NCBI GenBank assembly: GCA_051313645.2
Contig: JBNRSN020000001.1
Coordinates: 389,360,001-389,424,000, forward strand
Reading direction: 5' to 3'
DNA: 64,000 bases
From: Centroscyllium fabricii
Taxonomy: Eukaryota
The translations under genes and the position numbers were made by a program. Of the stretch, positions 13,716 through 24,948 are shown one piece after another (position 1 is the first letter of the stretch; every line of letters begins with the position of its first letter). The notes under the pieces are model-generated. The model did no database searches, had not been told where the DNA came from, and saw nothing but the letters and a program-made list of their open reading frames with translations.

Positions 13716-14136
13716 GAGGTCCCTCATTCACCATTGCACTTGTGGCAGTGTATTCAAAAGATCTTTCCAGGAAATTTTGGAATAAGTTCACGATGGGAAG
13801 ATCGGGACACAAAATGGTGTAATTTATAGCATAAGTCACAGATTGCTTCATTCCAGGAAATTCTGGACCAATAAATATTTAAACTTCCCAAGAAAGATTT
13901 ACAAGATCCCACACAATTGACTTTTAGCAAAATGAAGGACTTATGGAAATATCTGATTGAATTGGTAATTGACCAGACAAAATAAAACAGGGTGACAATA
14001 AATGGCCAAGACCCATACTAAGAAGCAGTAAGTACCAGAGTTCAATAGAGATATATAATTGATCTTCTGCTATTCACTACATTTGTAAATATTCACATGG
14101 AGGGGTTTGTAAGCAGCATTCTTCAATTTGCTTGTA

Positions 14137-14544
14137 CAGGTTGTGCATCGTTAATCCGGCACCTGATAATTCGGCACCTTCAGTGGTCAGGCACAAATCC
14201 CATTGGATGGCCCACGTCATCCCAGGGACGCTCGCGATGCGCGGGCTTCTCCCCGACTGGTCTGCGCATGTGCAGTGGCCATTTTGAATGGTCTGCGCAT
14301 GTGCGGTGGCCATTATGAATGGGCTGTGCATGCGCAGCGGCCATTTTGAATGGTCTTCGCATGCACGGTGGCCATTTTGAATGGGCTGTGCATGCGTGGC
14401 TGCCATTTTGAATGGTCTGCGCATGCGCGGTGGCCATTTTGAATGGGCTGCGCAGGCGCTCCCCGAACCTTCAGTGGTTTGGATTTTTCAGTGGTCCGGC
14501 ACTGGCCTGGTCCCGAGGGTGCCGGATTAACGGTGCACAACCTG
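14137..14544. mobile_element. Tigger-like MITE, copy 2
   Basis: TA|CAGGTTGTGCATCGTTAATCCGGCAC ... GTGCCGGATTAACGGTGCACAACCTG|TA; internal ~31-bp tandem repeat at 14259-14452. Confidence 0.9.
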
Positions 14545-15318
14545 TAATATTAAACCATGTGAGGAAACTTTTTTTTTTAAAGAATTGGCAGAGACTGAAC
14601 ACGAGCAAGTTAAAACGAATGTGGACAAATACAAAGCAAGACATTTAGGTTTAATTATATTGGTCACGAATTTCCACTGGCCCTGTGGCATACTCCCAGT
14701 GTACATTGCCGAGGAGTAGTGGAGGGGACAGAAAATTAGCCGCATCCCAACCCAGACCGTGAGTTTCAATTGGGGCCTGTTCAGGGCAGATCGCCTGTCC
14801 ATTTCAAACATAGTCCATGGCGTCGAAGGGAGATGGTCCGAAAACCTCTTTAGCCCTCAGCTCTCTAATGTTGAGCAAAACCTGGATGCCAGGAAGAACT
14901 CAGCATACATGTCAGCTGAAGGCTTCATCACACAATGAAGGGACAAAAAGAGTGGTGATGCACAAAAGAAGAACAGATTGTTTAGGGTTGAGGGATATAG
15001 AGCTGGGGTGTGTTACAGAGCTGGTGTGGGGGCAAGGCTTTGGAGGGATTTGAAGGTGAGGATGAGGATTTTAAATTGTAAGTGGTCTTTATGGTGGAGA
15101 GGATACATGGCCAGAAATTGAAAAAAGAGAAAAAAGGAAGTAGGGAAGGGGAGCTGGAAAAAAACAATGAAAAATGACAATGATTCAGCGGCTTTTTTCC
15201 AAAAAAGAGCAGGTATTTAAAACAGGTGGGAACACAGCTTAAAAGAAGTGTGGGGAATGGGTGTTTTAAAAAGACTAGAAACTGGGAAAGAACAAGAAGC
15301 AGTAAAGATAGCTCATGG

Positions 15319-15499
15319 CAGCGGTTCCCAACCTTTTCCTTTATGCGGACCACTACATTGTCATCAAAAGCTTTTGCGGACCACAACGTGTAACAGATAT
15401 GATACATACGAGGTACATGTGATTATATTATTATTACATTATAAAAAAAAATTCAAACCACCTGCAGTACCCTTGCGGACCACAGGTTGGGAACCGCTG
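15319..15499. mobile_element. hAT-type (Charlie-like) MITE
   Basis: 16-bp perfect TIR CAGCGGTTCCCAACCT/AGGTTGGGAACCGCTG; 8-bp TSD GCTCATGG at 15311 and 15500. Confidence 0.93.
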
Positions 15500-15761
15500 G
15501 CTCATGGCATTGAGAAACTGAGACCAGAAGCTGAAAAAGGTCCAGCCTGGGCCTCATAAAAAGCACAGGGCAGTAAATAAACAGCAATAAATCGCATCTT
15601 AAAAATGAGTGAGGAAAAGGTTAGGAGCAGGAACAAGAACTGGGTAGGGGGGAGGAGTGGAGAAGGGACAGAAATAACTGCTATAGAATGGGAACTGGGG
15701 CTTGAAAAAAAAGTGGTTGCAAACGGTGTTTCCTGTCATTTCTTTGGCATTGTGTGACCTC

Positions 15762-16182
15762 GGGTACAGTAGCATCGTGGTTATATCAATGGACGAGCTG
15801 GATTAATGATCTGGAGACGTGAGTTCAAATCCCACCATAGCAGCTGAGGAATTTAAATTCAATTAATTAAATAAATCTAGAATAAAAAGCTAGTATCAGT
15901 AATGGTAACCATGAAACTACTGTATTGTTGTAAAAATCCTTCTTGTTCACTAATGTCCTTTAGGGAAGGAAATCTGCTGTCCTTACCTGGTCTGGCCTAT
16001 ATGTGACTCCAGACCCACAGCAATGTGGTTGACTCTTAACTGCCCTCTGAAATGGCCCAGCGAGCCACTCAGTTGTATAAGGTGGCTCACCACCACCTTC
16101 TCTAGGGCAATTAGGAATGGGCGATAAATACCGGCTTTGACGGCGATGCCCACATCATGTGAACGAATACATTTAAAAAAAA
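15762..16182 (+). mobile_element. tRNA-derived SINE with LINE-derived tail
   Basis: B box GAGTTCAAATCCC; core CACTAATGTCCTTTAGGGAAGGAAATCTGC; tail GGGCAATTAGGAATGGGCGATAAAT...A-run. Confidence 0.85.
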
Positions 16183-16519
16183 TTTAAAATGCCATGCATG
16201 TGTGGGTTTTGCATTGAAAAGCTGGCAAGCCGGCTGGGCGGGATCCCTGGAGCGCTTTGCTGTCGCGCCGCTTAAAGAAAACATTGCTTGCCAAACAAAA
16301 CAGCTTGTAACAGGATAGAACTATTTACTTTCTGGCCAGCAGATCAGTTACCTAGATGGAATTATTTACTTCCAGGTCAATTCACATACAGTCGGAGGAG
16401 AGCATGTAGCCAGAACACACATTGAATCTACAAGATTTGATAAATCAATTGATATCCACAGCAGAAGTATTTATTTATTGAAATATCAAAAAGGCTGTGA
16501 GACTAAATTCATTATTTAT

Positions 16520-16798
16520 TTATTTTCATACTGACCATGACTGCCAAGCACAATCCTGTCCTCATCTGATATCCACAAGCACTCACTTTCCAGCAAATCA
16601 CAGGATAGCGATCTAGAATATATAGCTGATTTTCCCCATCCCCATTCCTAGCCACCCAGTGGAAATGAGTCGGTGGCCCTGCTACCATCCTGGCTCAGAT
16701 CAGCCAACTCAGCACAGGCCAGGGATGAAACATGGGTCCATCTGGTCTATGCGGTTCAGTCACACGCTGCCTTTGCTAATAAGCCATTGAGAGAGCCT
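16520..16798 (-). mobile_element. Old degenerate tRNA-SINE-like repeat
   Basis: Minus strand has decayed A/B-box head followed by CCTGGCCTGTGCTGAGTTGGCTGATCTGAGCCAGG; recognised by resemblance only. Confidence 0.4.
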
Positions 16799-17464
16799 AA
16801 CTGAACTAAAGAATTAACCTCCTAACACATCATGCACAGTGCTGCAGTGTATAACTGGGACATACAAGCACTTGAAATTCTATTTCTGTAATTTTGCCTT
16901 GGGGAAGGCTCAACAGGATATTGAGCAAAATATCAACAAATATAATATTAATTTAAGTGGGTAAGATCATTAATTTTGCTGCATTTAAGAATAAAGCTCA
17001 TGTGCACCAACCAGAAGACTATAAACCTATATTTAGGTTTGAGCAAAAAGTGGATACCATTAACCCACATTTTAGTTTGCTTCTCTTATGTTTAATCAAT
17101 ATCATTTTACAGATGGCTGGCAATTCTGTGAATGAATCATGCTTAAATCAAATGTCATTTCAAAAGCTATTCTAACCTATTTGCATATTTCTTGCTCTGC
17201 CATTATCTTGCTCTTCTGTCTCCCAGCGGGAGACGCAAGTTTATAAGTTGGTTGCTAGGGGAAGGGAGGGCAGGATGGTCTCGGGCAATATGTCCGCTAC
17301 TGCTCTAAGTTTAGGTTTGTGATTGGTTAACAGGAGCACTGCCTTCAGTTTGGCAAGTAGGCCACCCTTTATATTCTTTCTCCTCCAGTCCCCAACCCCA
17401 GTTAGGTGTTCTTTGATTGCTGCTAGTATTGTTCATTCTGATATTAATGCCAAGCTGAAGTCTA

Positions 17465-17940
17465 TTTTTTTTTATTATTCATTGACGGAATGTGGGCGTC
17501 ACTGGCTGGCTAGGCCTGCATTTAGTGCCCATCCCTAATTGCCCTTGAGAAGATGGTGGTGAGCCGCCTTCTTGAACCGCTGCAGTCTTATTGTATTTCG
17601 TAGCGGTTGTTTACAACTGAGTGGCTTGCTAGGCCATTTCAGAGGGCATTAAGAGTCAACCACATTGCTGTGGGTCTGGAGTCACATGCAGGCCAGACCA
17701 GGTAAGGACGGCAGATTTCCTTCCCTAAAGGACATTAGTAAACCAGTTGGGTTTTTGCAACAATCGACAATGGTATCATGGTCGCCATTATTAAGACTAA
17801 CATTTAATTCCAGAATTAAATTGAATTGAATTTAAATTCCACCAGCTGCTGTGGTGGGATTTGAACCCATATCCTCAGAGCATTTGACTGAGCCTCTGGC
17901 TTACTAGTCCAGTGACAGAACCACTACGCCACCGCCTCCC
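17465..17940 (-). mobile_element. Full-length tRNA-derived SINE
   Basis: Minus strand GGGAGGCGGTGGCGTAGTGG (A box), GGGTTCAAATCCC (B box); tail matches the LINE 3' ends at ~5270-5370 and ~9248-9320. Confidence 0.9.
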
Positions 17941-18707
17941 TGGTCCATAACAGTTTGTTGCACAGTGATAATCGGGATATGCATGTGTCAGAGCAGGCTT
18001 CAGTTACACACCCACCATCCTAGCACTGGTGCGCACCTACAATTGTTCGATGCTGCCAAGCAGGGGCTGGGACCGCCGCAGAGCTAAATGCCACTCTACT
18101 CTGTTCCCAATCTGAGGGGAGATGCACAGTGGATGCTATGGCATCTCTGAGCTGGGGGTGGAAATATTAAAGGGTAGAATATAACTTGGGAGGAGACTCA
18201 TAATGCTCCATGGCAACTGGCTTCTCAGAGTGCCTGGTGGCAGTCTGGGATCAAGTCAAGTGCCTCTCCCTTTTGGCTGCAGGGAAAAATGGAAAGTGAA
18301 AAACTTTTCCAATACCTCCATGGACGTAATATTTGAAAATAAGCAATTGCCCCTTTTATGATTAAGGAAGAATTATTTTGGTGGATGTCATGAGAAAAAG
18401 ATCTTGATCATGTTTCAGAACACTCTAGCGCACATTATAAACAGGGAAACAGTTGTATTGCACTCCTAGGAAAGTGATTATTATTCAGACTATTCGGCCT
18501 GATATGAAATTACAACACTTCTTATTTTCAGTTTCTTAGCCTTGCTCTACCCTCAGTTGTGGTCCACTGCAATCACTCAATGCTCCATCTGCATGGAACA
18601 GATAGAAGATTTGTTTTTATTTTTCTGTGGAAAGGAAAGTGTCATATATTATGCCAAGGAGTCTATTTAACACCTCCACACAGGAGAATTGTGCCAGACA
18701 ACATTAC

Positions 18708-19085
18708 TTTTTTTTGTATTCATTTGTGGGATGTGACAATCATTGGCAAGGCCAGCATTTATTTCCCATCTCTAATTGCCCTTGAGAAGGTGGTGGTGAG
18801 CCGCCTTGCTTGAACCACTGCAGTCCGTGTAGTGAAGGTGCTCCCACAGTGCTGTTAGGGAGGGAGTTCCAGGATATTGACCAAGTGATGATGAAGGATC
18901 AGCAATATACTTCCAAGTCAGGAAGGTGTGTGAGAAGGTTTCATGGTTACCATTACGAATGCTAACTTTTTATTACAGATTTATTTAATTAACTGAATTT
19001 TAATTCCCCAGCTGCCCTAGTGGGATTTGAATTCACATTTCTGGATTATTACTCCAGTAACATAACCACTATGCTACCATTCCCT
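18708..19085 (-). mobile_element. SINE head joined to an extended LINE 3' end
   Basis: 18935-19085 matches the SINE head; 18708-18932 matches LINE 5165-5370, including sequence absent from the other SINE copies. Confidence 0.7.
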
Positions 19086-19267
19086 TTCCTTTGCACTCAG
19101 GCATAGAATTTTATAAATTGTAGCTTAGTAAATCAGTGACTAAAGGAGCATTTAATGACAACAAGACAACCAGATATGTGTGGGGTCCTGTACACATTTG
19201 GTTAATAAAAGGGTTATGGAATTATAAGCCTTCTATAACTATTCAAGAAGGGTGGTTGGGCAAAAGT

Positions 19268-20856
19268 GGGAAATTACAGACTAGTAAGCCTGACATCAGT
19301 AGTGGGGAAGATGCTGGGGTCCATAATAAAGGATGTAATAGCTGAGCACTTGAAAATCAGTGGCAGGATCGGACAAAGTCAACACGGATTTACAAAAGGT
19401 AAATCGTGCTTGACTAATCTACTGGAATTTTTTGAGGATGTAACTGGGAAAATTGATCAGGGAGAACCAGTAGATGTGGTGTACTTAGACTTTCAGAAGG
19501 CATTCGACAAGGTCCGCACAAGAGATTAGCATATAAAGTTAGGGCACATGGGATTGGGGGCAAGGTATTGACTTGGATTGAGAATTGGTTGGCGGACAGA
19601 AAGCAGAGAGTAGGAGTAAATGGGTCTTTCTCCGAGTGGCAGGCAGTGACTAGTGGGGTACCGCAGGGATCGATCCTGGGACCCCAGCTATTCACAATAT
19701 ACATTAATGATTTGGAAAAGGGAACTAAATGTAATGTCTCCAAGTTTGCAGCTGACACAAAGCTGGGAGGGCGTGTGTGCTGCGAGGAGGATATCAGGAA
19801 GCTCCAGGATGATTTGGACAGGTTGGGCGAGTAGGCTGAGATGTGGCAGATGCAGTATAATGTGGATAAATGCGAGGTTATCCACTTTGGGGGCAAAAAC
19901 AGGAATGCCGACTATTATCTGAATGGCAATAGATTGGGAGAAGGGAAGTACAACGAGACCTGGGTGCCCTTGTGCACCAGTCGCTGAAGGTGAGCATGCA
20001 GGTGCAGCAGGTGGTTAAGAAGGCAAATGGTATGCTGGCCTTCATAGTGAAAGGGTTCGAGTACAGGAACAGGGAGGTCTTGCTGCAGTTGTACAGGGCC
20101 TTGGTGAGACCACACCTTGAGTACTGTGTGCAATTTTGGTCTCCTTATCTAAGGAAGGACGTTCTTGCCATGGAGGGAGTGCAGAGAAGATTCAACAGGC
20201 TGATACCTGGGATGGCAGGACTGATGTATGAGGAGAGACTGGGTAGACTGGGTTTGTACTCTCTGGAGTTTAGAAGATTGAGAGGGGATCTCATCGAAAC
20301 ATATAAAATTCTAACTGGTCTGGACAAACTTGTAAGAAGTCACACAACACCAGGTTATAGTCCAATAGTTGGAGAGGTTCTCCAAGAAGATCGCACATAT
20401 AGAGTGATTTCAAATAAAACTGTTGGACTATAACCTGGTGTTGTGTGACTTCTTACAATTGTCCACCCGAGTCCAAAACCGGCACCTCCACATCATGGAC
20501 AAACTTAATGCAGGAAGAATGTTCCCGATGATCGGAGAGTCCAGAACTAGGAGTCATAGTCTAAGGATAAGGGGTAACTCATTTAGGATAGAGATGAGGA
20601 AGAATTTCTTCACCCAGAGAGTGGTGAACCTGTGGAATTCTCTGCCACAGAGGGTGGTGGAGGCTAGTTCATTGAATATATTCAAGAAGGAGCTGGATGT
20701 ATTTCTTAAGGCTAGAGGGATCAAGGGATATGGGGAGAAGGCAGGGACAGGGTACTGAGTTTGGATGATCAGCCAATCTCATCGAATGGCGGAGCAGGCT
20801 CGAGGGTCCGAATGGCCTACTCCTGCTCCTATCTACTAAGTTTCCATGTTTCTATG
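19268..20856 (+). mobile_element. 5'-truncated CR1 LINE, RT pseudogene
   Basis: [66 protein letters not shown]; frameshifts and stops; TTTCCATGTTTCTATG tail. Confidence 0.95.
20332..20495. mobile_element. Penelope-like terminal foldback fragment inserted in CR1
   Basis: 36-bp perfect inverted repeat (20330-20365 / 20423-20458); 11-bp TSD TGGACAAACTT at 20321 and 20496; ending AGTCCAAAACCGGCACCTCCACATCA resembles vertebrate Penelope termini. Confidence 0.75.
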
Positions 20857-20862
20857 GTCCAT

Positions 20863-21390
20863 GGGAGCAAAATTCTCATTGTTAGCGCCTCCGGTGGGCA
20901 AATGGCTTTTCAACCCCCACCCCCCGAGATGCAAACCGCGCCTCCCATGAAATTCCACGGGAGGTTAGTGGCGGCGCTACTGGATATCGCCCGATCTTCT
21001 GCACCCGGAGATCGTGACGTCATCTCCAGGCGCAGCAGCCCAGTAGCGCCTCAGGAAAGAAATTACCCCTCGCGTCCAGCAGCAGCGCCGGGCGATGTTA
21101 CCGACTGCTGCAGGGGACGTGAACAGTGAGGCGACCACTCACAGGACGCCATTTGAAGGCATGGTAGCCGGCCAACAATAAAAAAAATCGGCAAATTAAA
21201 AAAAAACTTTCTGAGCACCAGACGCGGGCTGATGTCACGGCACTTCCGTACCCCAGTACTCCAGCAGATGCCAAAAACAAAATGCAGAGCTCGCAGCATT
21301 GGGCCCATTCCTTTAATTGAGGGAAGAGCCCCTGCAATGTGGCAGCGCCATGCCTGGCCACACGTGGTGCTGCTGAGCACATTGCCCCGG
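20863..21390. mobile_element. Left part of a GC-rich MITE; possible right part at 33455-33637
   Basis: Starts GGGAGCAAAATTC with TTAGCGCC motif; 33455-33637 ends GGAATTTCTCCCCC. Confidence 0.45.
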
Positions 21391-21663
21391 ATAGAAGCAT
21401 AGAAACAACGGGGGGAATTTTGCCCCAATGGTGGGAAATTGGCAGGGATTGGTCGGGGCGGGTTTTTGTCCCGCCCGATTAAGTGGCTGCGTTTCCCACG
21501 CAATTTTTGTCTAACGACCCAATTAATTCCCCACATGTGGGAAGCCTTCCCAATCACCGATTTCCAGTCAGAAAGTCGCACAGTATGACGTCAGGATTCG
21601 GGTTTTCTTTAAAAAACACAGCTCGCCTCCCGCACTGCTCAGAGCTCTGCAACCTTCAGCAGG

Positions 21664-23698
21664 ATGGCAGAGCGTGAGGGTGCTGCATCGGGCAGCGCGA
21701 GGGGACGACCCACCCCCAAATTTGATGATGCATCCCTTGACGCATTGCTCGAGGGGGCAACTACCCATAGGGCGGTTCTCTTCCCCTCCTCAGGGAGGAA
21801 GAGACCTCCCTCACAGACGAAGGCTGCATGGAAGCAGGTGGCTGAGGGGGTCAGCTCCTTGGGCACAACACCCCGGTCCTGGCTGCAGTGTCGCAAGCGA
21901 CTGCATCACCTTCATCGCTCTGCCAGAGTAAGTATTCATTTCCCCTCACCCTCAATCTCATCCCCCTCACCTCTCCTCACCACAACTTATCTTCACCGCT
22001 CCCTTCCTCCACATCCCACTTGCCCATCACCTCCAAGCAACCTTACCCATTCTCCCTCTCTATCTATGCTCACACTCACGGTCCTTCCCCTCCATTCAGC
22101 CCTCAGACTCCCTCTCACTCTCATGCTTGCTGCACATCTGGCACCACACAGGGAGAGCCTTTGGTTTTGCAGGCTCACTGCATCTTTGCCACCCTACAGC
22201 AAACTTTGCTGCTCACTCGCTGCAACAACTCCTTCCTTCTCACTCAACCTCCACTTCTCTCCCTCATTGCAGGAAAAGACAGCCGCCAACAAGCGGCACA
22301 GCGCCAGGACCGGAGGAGGACCCCCCACCATCCAGCAGCTCACCACCTGGGAGGAGGCAGTGCTAGACCTCGTTGGGGAGGGGCAAGCCCCGGGAGTGGG
22401 TGACAGCGAAGCAGGCAGGCAATCTCGAGCTGGTGACAGCATGGTTTAATTATTTCTCTTTCAACTAACACATGAGACTGGCACAATGAAAGTAAAAGCA
22501 CTGCAGAGGCAGCTCTGCTCAGCTCCTGAATGCTATCTGTATGTAACCTTGCTGACATATCTCTAACCTCTGCCTTTACTGCCCCACAGAGCCAGCCGCA
22601 GCTGGACAGCCAACGACAGCTCAGCACCAGGCCGCCCCTGTCCAGTCCTCAGGGGAACCTGCCACCTCTGAGGGTGCACCGTCAGCACCACAGACTCCAC
22701 CCGGCACCAGCGCAGATACTAGCACCTCGGTAGGCCCCCCTAGAGCTACATATAACTTGTCACCAGGTGATTCAGACAGCACTAGTGAGCCTCAGCAGAT
22801 TGTGGAGACAGGGACAGCAGTGCAGGGTCGTAGTCGGAGGGCGCAGGACTCTGCCAGCTTAGCTGAGCTGCATGTAGACACAGCGCCTTTGGATCCATCA
22901 GGCAGAGGACACATGATGGGACTCCAGACACAGATGCAGGAGTCTCTGACAGGTTTTGTCTCCCAGGTAGCTGCGAGTGTCATGCGAATGGAGGAGTCTG
23001 TCGCAAGCATGAGAAGCGACCTTGCGGAGTCAGTGGCACATGATCGCATCACCATAGAAAGGATGGCAACCACCATGGAAACGATGTCGAACACCATGGA
23101 ATGGATGGTGACCACCATGGAAAGGATAGCGACCGTGGACGAGAGGATGGCCACGGCCATCGAGCACATAAGTCGCCAGTCTTTCGAAGACATGGGCACT
23201 GTCAACAATAGATACACCTCTCTTGAGCAGCGAGTGGCATCTATTGAGCAGATGACCCAGACCTTCGTGGAAGTCCCTCTGAGTAGGACTTCCACTGCAG
23301 AAACGGGTCCCCATCGCCCCCCTGAAGTGCAGCAAGGTGCTGTCCAGCCACTTGCTGGCGCTGAGGGGGAGGTGACGCATGAGAGGGAGGTTGGTGGTGC
23401 AGCTGAAGGAAGTGGGGGCTCCTCTCCAAGCGCTCCCACGTCCACACCACTGCAGAGCCCTCGGTCAGAGGCCCGCCGGAGTCCCCATGCACCTGAGATG
23501 GAAGTCTCATACCCTGCCCAGCCGCAGGAGCAGCAGACTGGTAGCGATCCCCCACCGGCTCGCCGCCCCAGAGGACGACCGCCAAAGGTGTCCAGACAGG
23601 AGCAGCAGGGCACTCAGCAGGGGGCCTCCACATCTGCTGACACCACAGGGATAGCACCATGTAGGAGCACTCGTAAAAGAACCAGTAAGCACACTTAG
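21664..23698 (+). CDS. Harbinger Myb/SANT-like DNA-binding protein; predicted exons 21664-21927, 22273-22432, 22590-23698 (510 aa)
   Basis: PKFDDASLDALL..AWKQVA..RSWLQCRKR trihelix motif; GTAAGT donor at 21928, TTGCAG acceptor, RTGGGPP motif, weaker GTGACA donor, CCACAG acceptor; spliced length 1533 nt, open to TAG. Confidence 0.8.
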
Positions 23699-24948
23699 GC
23701 ACAACGGGAGTCACTTGGGTGTTAGTGTAACTTAGGTCTCCAAAGCAGTGGTCACACAGCAGACCACTGCAGGTGCCACCTGATGCAGTTGTCATGTCTG
23801 ACATCTTGCGAATGGCCCTTCCACATTGAAACCTTATGCAGGCTGGACAGCAATCGGGCAGGCCTCACAGATATGCAAGGATGCTGACACAATATGGCAG
23901 AAGGACTTCCAGCAGGACGAATGAGGTTCAGGAGCACACTGCAGCTGAATGGTTAACAGTGAAGGGCCTTGAAACTGGCCTACCTGCATGGTGACGCACA
24001 CCAGTGAACAGAGGGACTGTATGACCGATGTGCGGTGCAAAGGATGACCAGGTTAACTGAACAAACCACCTGATGTTTTCACTACACCAGCAAACACGCC
24101 TCAGTGCTGAACTTTAACACGAACAAAAATTTTAAAGGATGGAGGTGGGCAAAGAAAAGATGTGCCAACTGTCCAAAGTACCAACGCATCCAACATCATC
24201 TGGCGTCAAATGGCCCCTCACAGCACCTGACCCTGATGGAATGGCCAAGGAGCCATGGTGCCAGCATGCCTCAGCTCTCACACATCAAACAAGATCAGGT
24301 GGGTAAAGACCCACCAGACATTGACACTCACCGCCCTCCACAGCTCCTGCCTCATGTGCGGGTGCGCTGCCCTGGTTTGTCAGAATGTGTCACTCTTGAA
24401 AAGGGAGGGGCAGCACGTGAGAGGGGGCAACATGATTGACAATGGATATGAAGTTGCAAGATCAAAACTGGACTGGCTGAGGTGCAGCATTTCTGATAAT
24501 GACATTTTGACCGTTTCAACCTGCATGTCTGCAGCTGAGATGCCTGGGACATCATTAATGCAGTAACTCATAAGTGCTGGTCATCAGTTGAACAACCATG
24601 CATGTGGGCATGTTTGCTTAATGTCTTTACTAAACAGCATGTTGCAGTTGCAACCTTTAATGTTTCTGTGTTCATTATTGCATGTGATGGATGGATGGAT
24701 GTTTGGGTGGGACCATGTGCATCAAAGAAATGTGTGGTGCATCAGGGGCGTGGGTGCATGCGCGAGTGCAGAAAGCAGTCACAGGCACTTGGCAGCCCCA
24801 GAAGCACACTCTCCCAACCCCCCCCCCGCCCACAGATGTCGTGACAGTAGTGGGGCTCATGCAGGTTTGAGCTGTGGAACTGATTGGAGTGTGTCATTGA
24901 GGATGCGCTGTTAGGATGAGGAGAGTAACACAAGCTGGCTTGAGTAGT

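Larger units (their letters stand above)
10690..14625 (+). mobile_element. Ancient fragmented CR1 ORF2 interrupted by younger insertions
   Basis: Collinear remnants: MGDFNYPAIKW and ILDLMF (endonuclease, 10796), ENWKLVNV (~12230), DF-K and FADDTK-like remnants (13920-14135), resuming after 14545. Confidence 0.65.

Noticed and set aside
17840-17940. tRNA gene (also 12770-12842 and 15762-15840)
   Set aside because: A/B boxes belong to SINE heads that run into SINE bodies and LINE tails
22792-23613. 273-aa antisense ORF over the Myb exon 3, and similar shadow ORFs over GC-rich pol genes
   Set aside because: Shadow frames of GC-rich coding sequence with no independent evidence
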